From Chlamydiota bacterium (GTDB taxonomy: Bacteria > Chlamydiota > Chlamydiia > Chlamydiales > SM23-39): a stretch of DNA of 17,704 bases. Below the pieces are notes generated by a model, which saw only the letters and a list, made by a program, of their open reading frames with translations, ran no database searches and had not been told where the DNA came from. A program made the position numbers and the translations under genes. This document shows positions 10,036 to 17,339 of this stretch, piece after piece (positions within the stretch are counted from its first letter, which is position 1; the number at the start of each line of letters is the position of its first letter). The stretch is from contig JBCDEZ010000032.1 in the NCBI GenBank assembly GCA_039179045.1, forward strand, positions 1-17,704. The letters are read 5' to 3'.

Positions 10036-10221
10036 GAAAAAGGCTTAGGTGGACCAGGGGGAGGCCTTGTTGAAAAAATACACGTGTCAACGCGAAAGGG
10101 TGCAGAATGTGGGTTAGAGCTAGTTCCCTCCACTATTCTTTGATTTCTTCTAGAGTGTCCCCTCTGTTTATGAAATGACCATTTTACATCAAGAAGAGGT
10201 CTTTTGAGGGTGCGTTTTTTT

Positions 10222-10821
10222 CTAATAGAATCTCACTTCGAAAATCCCGAGTTGTTGTAAACCGAGAAAACAAGCCCAGAAAAGGAGCCAGTTGGCAATG
10301 GCTTTTCCTAAAGAGAGGTGTTGTGCTTCTTGCAAATTGATGATCGAGAGCCCTAAACTCCAAACAGTCGGGATGAACATGATCAGATATAAGAAGAGCA
10401 AAGAGGTGCCATCGGTCATCTTGATGAAGGTATCTTCCGGAGAAAAAAGTAAAAGGGCAAACCAGACGCATAGGGAGAGAAGCTCAGGTGCACCTGCCCA
10501 GGCAAGGGCCGCTCTCGTGTGGCTAAAAGGGGCTTTTCCCCCAAAGAGTTTGCTCATACAGTGCAGAATCGCCCCAAATGCGTACAGCCAGAAGAAAGCG
10601 TAGACTAGACCGCCCAAAACGCAGAGGCCCAAAATCTGAATATAATCGTGATGGATTCCTAAAGATTCTTGATTGGCTTGGAAAAGAAGGCGATCGATAC
10701 TGGTGACGAAAGCTAAAGAGAAGTTCAGATAGCGAGGATTGCTTGCTAGAATCAGCTGCATCGCTTTTCTTGGATTTTTCCAGATGAGGAGGAAAGGGGT
10801 CTCGGAAAAGGGTTCAGCCAT
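10222..10821 (-). CDS. Yip1-family multi-pass membrane protein
   Basis: IWKNPRKAM N-terminal motif, about 5 hydrophobic segments, KLFGGKAPF loop, LSLGKAI near the C-terminus. AGGAG Shine-Dalgarno upstream. Confidence 0.75.
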   Translation of the reverse strand: MAEPFSETPFLLIWKNPRKAMQLILASNPRYLNFSLAFVTSIDRLLFQANQESLGIHHDYIQILGLCVLGGLVYAFFWLYAFGAILHCMSKLFGGKAPFSHTRAALAWAGAPELLSLCVWFALLLFSPEDTFIKMTDGTSLLFLYLIMFIPTVWSLGLSIINLQEAQHLSLGKAIANWLLFWACFLGLQQLGIFEVRFY

Positions 10822-10837
10822 AAAAAGGCACTCCTGT

Positions 10838-11743
10838 CTAACTACCTACACTCTTTTGTGAAGAAACTACGATTTTTTGTAAAGCAGGATAGAGAGTAGG
10901 TTCCAAGAAAGAAAAGCCTGTTTTGAGAAGATATTCGGGACGTACTCGTGTACTTGCAAGAAGGAGCTCTTGGGCCATTTCCCCGATCAGCAAGCGGGCG
11001 AGAAAAGCGGGAAGGCGCAGGAACTGTTTTTTCCCCAGAGCGTGGGCAAGACTTTGGGCAAACTCTTTTTGCGTTGTAGGCTCTGGTGTGCAGATGTGGA
11101 TAGGGCCTTTTTGGGGATGCAAAAGAAGCCAGGCAATCGCGCGAACCGCGTCATCGATTGTGATCCAGCAAAGGTGCTGTTCCCCCTTGCCAATCGAAGC
11201 ACTTAGACCCCACCTTGCCAAAGGAAGCATCGCATCGATAGCGCTTCCCTCTCCGTAGGGGCCAATGACCATGCCAAAACGAAGCTGGGTAGAGAGGCAA
11301 ACATCTGTTTGCGAAGAGCGCTCCCACTCTTTACAAAGATGGGCTAAAAACCCTTTTCCCGGGTTGGAAGAAGGACGCATCCAAGTGTCCCCTTGGGAAC
11401 CGAAATACTGTACTCCAGATGCCGTAAGAAACTGCTTGGGAGGGTGCGATAGACGCTCGATGGCAGAGCAAAGAGCTTTTGTTGTGTGCACCCGACTTGC
11501 AAAGAGCTCGCTCTTCCGTTTTGGAGTCCATCTGTACTTCGCAATATTTTCCCCGCCTAAATGGACAATTGCATCGAATCCCTCCAAAGCCTCTTCTGTT
11601 TCTTTAGGATTTTCGAAGGAAAAAAAATGTCCCTCTTGCCCTTTCTTGCGCACCAAAGGGACAACCAAGTGTCCCTGAGAGCGTAGATAACGCGAGAGGG
11701 ATCTCCCGATGAATCCGCTAGATCCTGAGATGAGTACACGCAT
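10838..11743 (-). CDS. TIGR01777-family NAD(P)-dependent epimerase/SDR (YfcH-like, DUF1731 C-terminus)
   Basis: GSSGFIG Rossmann motif, HLGGENIAKYRWT, SRVHTT, FLAHLCKEWE, WITIDD and GEMAQELLLAS...P..L...GF.F. Confidence 0.93.
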   Translation of the reverse strand: MRVLISGSSGFIGRSLSRYLRSQGHLVVPLVRKKGQEGHFFSFENPKETEEALEGFDAIVHLGGENIAKYRWTPKRKSELFASRVHTTKALCSAIERLSHPPKQFLTASGVQYFGSQGDTWMRPSSNPGKGFLAHLCKEWERSSQTDVCLSTQLRFGMVIGPYGEGSAIDAMLPLARWGLSASIGKGEQHLCWITIDDAVRAIAWLLLHPQKGPIHICTPEPTTQKEFAQSLAHALGKKQFLRLPAFLARLLIGEMAQELLLASTRVRPEYLLKTGFSFLEPTLYPALQKIVVSSQKSVGS

Positions 11744-11764
11744 GGCGAACTTTGCGAGAAACGG

Positions 11765-11995
11765 CTATTCGTGGGGTTTTTGCTCGTCTTTAGAACAGCA
11801 AGAGCTTCCCTTACATACACAGGGGAAAAAGCTGATGGCCCAAACGCCTGCGACTCCCACAAGTGCGTAGACAATGCGCGCTAACGGCGCAGACTGCCCA
11901 CCTAACAAAGAGGCGACAAGATCGTACTGAAAAATCCCCCAAAGACCCCAGTTGATGGCCCCGATTACAACTAACAACATAACAACAAAACGCAT
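11765..11995 (-). CDS. DUF378 small membrane protein with Cys-rich tail
   Basis: LVVIGAINWGLWGIFQYDLVA and RIVYALVGVAG are DUF378 hallmarks. GGGAG Shine-Dalgarno 6 nt before the ATG. Confidence 0.9.
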   Translation of the reverse strand: MRFVVMLLVVIGAINWGLWGIFQYDLVASLLGGQSAPLARIVYALVGVAGVWAISFFPCVCKGSSCCSKDEQKPHE

Positions 11996-12025
11996 AACAA
12001 ACTCCCGTTAACATCCTTAATTCAC

Positions 12026-12053
12026 AATATAGTTTTTTTATATTCCTTGTCAA
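12026..12053 (-). promoter_or_regulatory. Putative sigma66/sigma70 promoter of the DUF378-TIGR01777-Yip1 unit
   Basis: Minus strand perfect TTGACA (12053-12048), 16-nt A-rich spacer, TATATT (12031-12026), 30 nt upstream of the DUF378 ATG. Confidence 0.6.
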
Positions 12054-12133
12054 GGAGCCGTTTGTTTTGCTGTGGTTTGGTTGGGCTAGCTGCCAGAAAT
12101 CCAAAGTAAGAGATACTAGAGCAATGAGGAGAT

Positions 12134-13048
12134 CTAAGGAGACGGAAAAGAGCGATCCATGATAACGGAACGCGTTTTGAAATGACTCTTGGACAAGCGA
12201 TCTAATGTTTGTGTATCGAACTTGTGCAAGATGGCTTGCCCTGCACGAACGACAGCTTGGGATGCTCCTTTTGGAAGCTTTAGGGAAAGAGGTTGGCCCA
12301 GTTCTTCCAAGGCAGACAAGAAGCGCGCGCGCGCTAAAATCGATGCCGCAGCAACGATCACGTGTTTTTCCGCACGTACTTCCTGCGCAAGATCGATGGA
12401 CAACTTTTCTTTTTGGAAGAATTTCTCCAAAACAGAGGGGTGCGCGAATTGGTCTACGATCGCTTTAGGGCAACGGCACTGCTCGTACAATTTCTGGATC
12501 GATTTAGTGTGCATCCAAGCAAGAAGCAAGTTGAGGTTCTGGAATTTGCTGTAGAGTTCGTTGTATTTAGGCGGCATTAGACAAAAAATTTCATGCGGAA
12601 ATTGTTTGGAAATTGTTTTGCTTAAAGACCGCACTTTTGTGTCAGATAGGTTCTTGCTATCTTGCACTCCCAACGAGGCGAGCTCTTTGACTCCTTCGGA
12701 ATCTGCGTACAGGCTGGCTGCCACAATCGGCCCGAAATAATCTCCCTTGCCTGCTTCGTCAGCTCCCATACCTATCCGCTGTTCCATCTGATCGAGGGGG
12801 TGGGTGTAGGAAAAGTCGTGGAGAATTTCAGGCTCTAGGTAAAACTCAATAAATGCGTCTTTTTCCTTGCCTTGCACAGTGAAAGAGCCCGAAAGGTAGA
12901 GCGTGCAGTGCACGCCTTTTTTCTTTGCGGAGAAAACGGTGTGCGGAGGTTGGGAAAAGGTGAAGCCTTGCTCTTCTAAATCTTTCCGCAGCTTGTCTCG
13001 AAGGGATGGAGAAACTTTAGTAGAAAAACAGGTAGGCTTTGAAGACAT
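12134..13048 (-). CDS. rnhC: Ribonuclease HIII
   Basis: N-terminal TBP-like domain (TLYLSGSFTVQGK), then RNase H2-family motifs GADEAGKGDYFGP, QDSK, VDQF, VAAASILAR and KSHFKT. Confidence 0.95.
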   Translation of the reverse strand: MSSKPTCFSTKVSPSLRDKLRKDLEEQGFTFSQPPHTVFSAKKKGVHCTLYLSGSFTVQGKEKDAFIEFYLEPEILHDFSYTHPLDQMEQRIGMGADEAGKGDYFGPIVAASLYADSEGVKELASLGVQDSKNLSDTKVRSLSKTISKQFPHEIFCLMPPKYNELYSKFQNLNLLLAWMHTKSIQKLYEQCRCPKAIVDQFAHPSVLEKFFQKEKLSIDLAQEVRAEKHVIVAAASILARARFLSALEELGQPLSLKLPKGASQAVVRAGQAILHKFDTQTLDRLSKSHFKTRSVIMDRSFPSP

Positions 13049-13136
13049 AATTCTTCAAACTGTAAACGAGAATGACGATTTTTCATAGGAAAATTTCGTC
13101 AGCTATTTTAAGATAGAAGGAAAATCGGGAAAGGTT

Positions 13137-13544
13137 ATGGAAGACTTGAAAGATTTAGGGCGTACATTCCAAATAAAGCGTGAAGAGCTCAAACTCTCTT
13201 TGAAAGAGGTGGAAAATGTTACCTCGATTCGCACGGTCTATTTGCAAGCATTGGAAGAGGGTAGAGCGCCCCAGTTTTTGTCTCCTATATACGCGCTCGG
13301 TTTTCTCAAGCAATATGCCAAGTTTCTTGGATGCGATCTCGAAGAGCTGTCTCGGCAGTACCCGGAGGCTTTTCGTATACAACAAGAAGAGCAGAAATTT
13401 TCCTACGGCATCGGCACGCTAGAGACAAGGGGCTCTTCTGTTGATCTTTTTGCCTCTTTTTCCTATTCCACTTGGATTTTCCTCACATTGTGCGTTTTGA
13501 TTTCTGCTTGGTACTTCGCAAAACTTCTAGGCGTGGTAGGATGA
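13137..13544 (+). CDS. rodZ: RodZ-like HTH_25 protein with C-terminal transmembrane helix and no periplasmic domain (chlamydial type)
   Basis: LGRTFQIKREELKLSLKEVENVTSIRTVYLQALEEG HTH and IYALGFLKQYAKFLG (RodZ MreB-contact-type helix). Ends in one TM segment. Confidence 0.8.
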   Translation: MEDLKDLGRTFQIKREELKLSLKEVENVTSIRTVYLQALEEGRAPQFLSPIYALGFLKQYAKFLGCDLEELSRQYPEAFRIQQEEQKFSYGIGTLETRGSSVDLFASFSYSTWIFLTLCVLISAWYFAKLLGVVG

Positions 13545-13623
13545 AAAAGACGATGGGTTCTCTGAAAAAGCGGAGCATTTTCTTGCCTTGATCTAGGTCT
13601 TGCATTAAAGAGTAAGCATTTTT

Positions 13624-15549
13624 ATGATGAGCGAGAAATTAGGGGCGAACATGATGGAAACACTTGGTGACTACCAGCTCTTGCAAGAAATAGGTCGTAG
13701 CGCGTTTGCTACGCTTTACCTTGCGCAGCAAAAGTTCACTCGCAGAAAATTCGCATTGCAAGTGCTCGATCCAGCCCTTCTTCAAGATCCAGAATTTGTC
13801 GCGCGGTTTTGCGAGCAAGTGGAAGGGTTGATCTCCCTGGAGCATTCTTCTTTGGTGAAAGTGCACGATATCTGTTCAATCGAAGGGAACTACGTTCTTG
13901 TTCTGGATCCTATTTTGGATCAGTGCGCGCAGTGGCTCAATTTGGATCGGTATTTGGATTTACAGGACACCCTTCTTTCCGAAGGAGAAATCCATGGACT
14001 CCTATTGCAGATTGCATCAGCTCTCGATTATGCGCATGCACAAACATTGGGAAAGACTCCTTGGGTTCATGGAAGTCTTACCCTCACGAATATTGTGGTG
14101 GGCAAACAAGAGGGCGCCCTTCGCGCTTTTCTGGTCGACTTTGGACTGATGCAAATTTTGGGCATGAGCCGGTGTCTTCTTCAGGCATATCGGAATTTGG
14201 CCGAGGCTCTGTCCCCGACTGCATGCGAGCAGAACTTCAAGCGTTACCGCTCCTATTTTCGCAACTTTTCCTTCCTTGCTCCCGAGCAAAAACAGATTCC
14301 TTCGGACCAGCAGTACGACCACAAAGCAGATATCTACGCGTTTGGAGTCCTTACCTACTACCTTGTCACAAAACAGTTTCCAGAGGGGATTGTTGAGCCT
14401 GTATCGAGACGTGTACCTGATCTATCCCTTTCTTGGGATCTTTTCTTACGTCGCGCTTTGGATCGGGATCCTGAAAAGCGCCCCTCTTTTCTAGAAAAAG
14501 AGCTCCGAGCACTTTTGGAAAAACCGACAGAGTCAATAGAAGACCTAGAATCCTCGTCTCTTTTTCCCTGGAAAGCTATCGAAAGAAGGGTAGAGAATAA
14601 AATGCAGATGTCTTTTTCTTTTGCGAAAGACGCTTTAGAAAAGGGGTCCTTGGAAGAGCGCCCTTCTGCCTATCACGCTCTTGCTGACACCTCGGGTCTT
14701 AGACCGGTAATCCAACCAAAAGCAGTGGAGAGACCTGCCTATGAATCTGATCCAGGAGCGATCTTTCAAAGAGAGATGAGCGTTTCTCGCTACGAACCGA
14801 CTAAGATCGAAGTGCAAGAGATGGAGCCCCTCTTATCTGAAATGTCTATTGTACCGGCGGGTTCTTACTTCCGCGGCAGCAATACAGGAGCGCGCGATGA
14901 AATGCCTCATCACGTCATTCGGCTTGCGAGTTTTGCTATAGATATTCACCCCGTTACAAATGAACAGTTCATTCGTTTTTTGATCGTGATGGGAGGAGAA
15001 AAAGATCGCTACAACCACGATATGATCCGTCTTCGAGACGCACGCCTGAAAAAAAGTGGGGGAAAGTGGGGTATTGAGTCAGGCTATGCCAAACATCCTG
15101 TCGTTGGCGTCACCTGGTATGGGGCTGGCGCTTATGCTCGCTGGGTGGGCAAACGCTTGCCCACAGAGGCCGAATGGGAAGTAGCAGCCTCTGGGGGAAA
15201 GGAGACGGGGATCTACCCTAAGGGAGTGGGAATGGAACGCAATCAGGCAAACTTCTTCAGCAGTGATACCACTCCTGTTATGAGTTACCCCCAAGGGCCT
15301 CTCGGTCTCTACGATATGGCAGGCAACGTGTATGAATGGTGTGAGGATTGGTACTCCTACAACTACTATGATAGCTCGGCGCAAGAGCCAGAAAACCCGC
15401 GAGGTCCCTCTCAAGGGGTCTACCGCGTTCTTCGAGGGGGGTGTTGGAAAAGCTCTAAAGAAGATCTCGGTTTTTCTCACCGCCATCGGAATAATCCAGG
15501 AACGGGTGACCGCACATACGGTTTCCGTTGTGCGGCAGATGTCCGCTGA
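13624..15549 (+). CDS. pkn1: Pkn1-type fusion: degenerate Ser/Thr kinase domain plus FGE-sulfatase (SUMF1-like) domain (alternative start ATG 13651)
   Basis: Kinase remnants LGDYQLLQEIG, DFG, FLAPEQ and ADIYAFG. FGE motifs HPVTNEQF, HPVVGVTWYGA, RLPTEAEWE, GLYDMAGNVYEWC, RVLRGG and YGFRCA. This architecture matches chlamydial Pkn1. Confidence 0.9.
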   Translation: MMSEKLGANMMETLGDYQLLQEIGRSAFATLYLAQQKFTRRKFALQVLDPALLQDPEFVARFCEQVEGLISLEHSSLVKVHDICSIEGNYVLVLDPILDQCAQWLNLDRYLDLQDTLLSEGEIHGLLLQIASALDYAHAQTLGKTPWVHGSLTLTNIVVGKQEGALRAFLVDFGLMQILGMSRCLLQAYRNLAEALSPTACEQNFKRYRSYFRNFSFLAPEQKQIPSDQQYDHKADIYAFGVLTYYLVTKQFPEGIVEPVSRRVPDLSLSWDLFLRRALDRDPEKRPSFLEKELRALLEKPTESIEDLESSSLFPWKAIERRVENKMQMSFSFAKDALEKGSLEERPSAYHALADTSGLRPVIQPKAVERPAYESDPGAIFQREMSVSRYEPTKIEVQEMEPLLSEMSIVPAGSYFRGSNTGARDEMPHHVIRLASFAIDIHPVTNEQFIRFLIVMGGEKDRYNHDMIRLRDARLKKSGGKWGIESGYAKHPVVGVTWYGAGAYARWVGKRLPTEAEWEVAASGGKETGIYPKGVGMERNQANFFSSDTTPVMSYPQGPLGLYDMAGNVYEWCEDWYSYNYYDSSAQEPENPRGPSQGVYRVLRGGCWKSSKEDLGFSHRHRNNPGTGDRTYGFRCAADVR

Positions 15550-15575
15550 ACCTCGATAGAGCGATTGTTACGAGT

Positions 15576-16505
15576 ATGAAACTTTTGATTGCAGCGCCTC
15601 GCGGCTTTTGTGCGGGAGTCGAGCGAGCCATTCGCACTGTCGAGGTTGCTCTGGGCATTTACCCGCATCCGGTCTACGTGAAGCACGAAATTGTGCACAA
15701 TAAGCATGTGATTCAGGACTTAGAGCAAAAAGGCGCGATCTTCATCGAAGATCTCTCCCAGGTTCCTGAAGGAAGGGTGCTGATTTACTCCGCCCATGGT
15801 GTTTCTCCCGAAGTCCGTAAAGAAGCGCAAAAAAGGAAGCTCATAGAAATTGATGCTACCTGCGGTTTAGTGACCAAAGTTCACTCTGCTGCTAAGCGCT
15901 TTGCCTCTAGAGGCTACCAGATCATTTTGATTGGGCATAAAAATCATGTGGAAGTGATCGGAACTGCAGGTGAGGCTCCCGGATCCACGCACATCGTAGA
16001 AACAGCGCAAGATGTAGATCAGCTCTCCTTTTCTGCCGAGGATCGCCTGTGCTATCTCACGCAAACCACCTTGAGTGTAAACGATGTGCAGACAATCCGC
16101 CAAAGACTCCTCGAAAAGTATCCCTCAATAGAAACGCTTCCCTCCTCTTCGATCTGCTACGCAACGACCAATCGGCAAAAAGCTCTGCAGCAGTTCGCAA
16201 AGAAGACCGATATCTTTCTTGTTGTAGGAGATCCTACCAGCTCCAATTCGAACCGATTGCGTGAAATTGCAGAAGACGAGGGGGCAAGATCTTACCTGAT
16301 CAACGATGAGGTAGAAATTGATCCCAGCTGGCTCTTCAATTGCAAAGTGATCGGCTTGAGTGCCGGTGCCTCTACCCCAGAAGCGATTGTAGAAAAATGT
16401 ATATCCCGTCTAGAAAGTCTAGGAGTGGAAGAAATAGAAGAAATACGTTACAAAGAGGAAAATGTTTTTTTTGATATCCCCAAAAAATTGCAAGTTCTTA
16501 TTTAA
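15576..16505 (+). CDS. ispH: 4-hydroxy-3-methylbut-2-enyl diphosphate reductase (MEP pathway), 309 aa
   Basis: PRGFCAGV, DATCGLV and ICYAT provide the three [4Fe-4S] Cys. HEIVHN, SAHG, HVEV, QTT, SSNS and AGASTP are present. Start set at ATG 15576. Confidence 0.98.
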   Translation: MKLLIAAPRGFCAGVERAIRTVEVALGIYPHPVYVKHEIVHNKHVIQDLEQKGAIFIEDLSQVPEGRVLIYSAHGVSPEVRKEAQKRKLIEIDATCGLVTKVHSAAKRFASRGYQIILIGHKNHVEVIGTAGEAPGSTHIVETAQDVDQLSFSAEDRLCYLTQTTLSVNDVQTIRQRLLEKYPSIETLPSSSICYATTNRQKALQQFAKKTDIFLVVGDPTSSNSNRLREIAEDEGARSYLINDEVEIDPSWLFNCKVIGLSAGASTPEAIVEKCISRLESLGVEEIEEIRYKEENVFFDIPKKLQVLI

Positions 16506-16617
16506 AACTGGTCTTGCTCTCTTTTTTCTAATTCATTCTTCGCATGTTTCTTGTAATTGTTATTATTCTACTTTATTCTATTTTTTGAGATTTTTCATTT
16601 TTCTCTGCAATATTTTC

Positions 16618-16646
16618 TTGGCTTTTTTTAGTTTTTTTTGTAGAAT
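16618..16646 (+). promoter_or_regulatory. Putative sigma66/sigma70 promoter of the repeat-containing orphan gene
   Basis: TTGGCT (16618-16623), exactly 17-nt T-rich spacer, TAGAAT (16641-16646), 33 nt upstream of ATG 16680. Confidence 0.6.
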
Positions 16647-16679
16647 TTATGCAATTTATTATCGAATTTGGTGTTGTTT

Positions 16680-17135
16680 ATGTTTTCAGATCACGTTGCT
16701 CTCCGCTCTACACAATGTTTGTGCATTGGAGGGACCGCTTTTCTTACCGTGGGCTCCTGCGCCATCGCTTCGGCTACGACGTCCAGTGTAGCTCTTGGTG
16801 GGATGACGCTGCTTACAGCGTTTTTTGCCCTTTCCTTTTATTCTGCTACAAGTGCTGTTTTTGAGGCATATGTCTTGAAAAGGGAGGGGTTAGATGAGAT
16901 CCAAAATATGATTTTAGGCCACGTCGCTCTCCGCTCTACACAATTTTTGTGCATTGGAGGGGCCGCTTGTCTTACCGTAGGCTCCTGCGCTATCGCTTCG
17001 GCTACGACGTCCAATGTAGCTCTTGGTGGGATGACGCTGCTTACAGCGTTTTTTGCCCTTTCCTTTTATTCTGCTACAAGAGCTGTTTTTGAGGGATATG
17101 TCTTGAAAAAGAAGGAGTTAGCTAATATCCAAAAA
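16680..17135 (+). repeat. Direct tandem repeat, 2 x 228 bp
   Basis: Units 16680-16907 and 16908-17135. Manual alignment of 16692-16906 against 16920-17134 gives about 15 mismatches in 215 bp with no indels. Confidence 0.97.
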
Positions 17136-17321
17136 GAAATCCAGAAGAGGCATTCTTCGGCTTCTAGCGCGATGTACGTTCCGTATGGTGAAGATAGTTT
17201 TTCTTCCTATAAGGGGAATGTTTCAGAAGTAATTTCGGTTACTACCTGGTATCGCCCTACAGTAGAATACCTCTTCAATTACTTCTTGGTTAACTGCTCC
17301 GTGCTTCTTAAGCCCTTTTGA
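16680..17321 (+). CDS. Orphan membrane protein with two tandem 76-aa repeats, each holding a bilobed hydrophobic segment (candidate inclusion-membrane protein)
   Basis: Open frame with an in-frame duplication. Each unit has an uncharged ~44-aa stretch (CLCIGGTAFLTVGSCAIASATTSSVALGGMTLLTAFFALSFYSA) followed by a charged helix. Start placed at ATG 16680, which aligns with ATG 16908 of unit 2. Confidence 0.7.
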   Translation: MFSDHVALRSTQCLCIGGTAFLTVGSCAIASATTSSVALGGMTLLTAFFALSFYSATSAVFEAYVLKREGLDEIQNMILGHVALRSTQFLCIGGAACLTVGSCAIASATTSNVALGGMTLLTAFFALSFYSATRAVFEGYVLKKKELANIQKEIQKRHSSASSAMYVPYGEDSFSSYKGNVSEVISVTTWYRPTVEYLFNYFLVNCSVLLKPF

Positions 17322-17339
17322 AAAAAGGTGCACATCAAC

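Noticed and set aside
12022..12037. NrdR-box-like TCACAATATAGTTTTT
   Set aside because: Only a half match, explained by the -10 element, and there is no ribonucleotide reductase gene nearby.
13809..14396. 195-aa alternative-frame ORF within pkn1
   Set aside because: TTG start without a Shine-Dalgarno and Arg/Ser-rich off-frame composition, lying inside a recognisable gene.
384..16264. Numerous 60-155 aa antisense or off-frame ORFs in the track
   Set aside because: All overlap well-supported conserved genes and show no independent coding signal.
16462..16864. Phe-rich ORFs 16462-16791 and 16649-16864
   Set aside because: By-products of the T-rich spacer and off-frame reading of the repeat gene.
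16680..17135. 228-bp repeats as CRISPR array or IS/LTR ends
   Set aside because: Two adjacent in-frame coding units with no spacers, cas genes or transposase.
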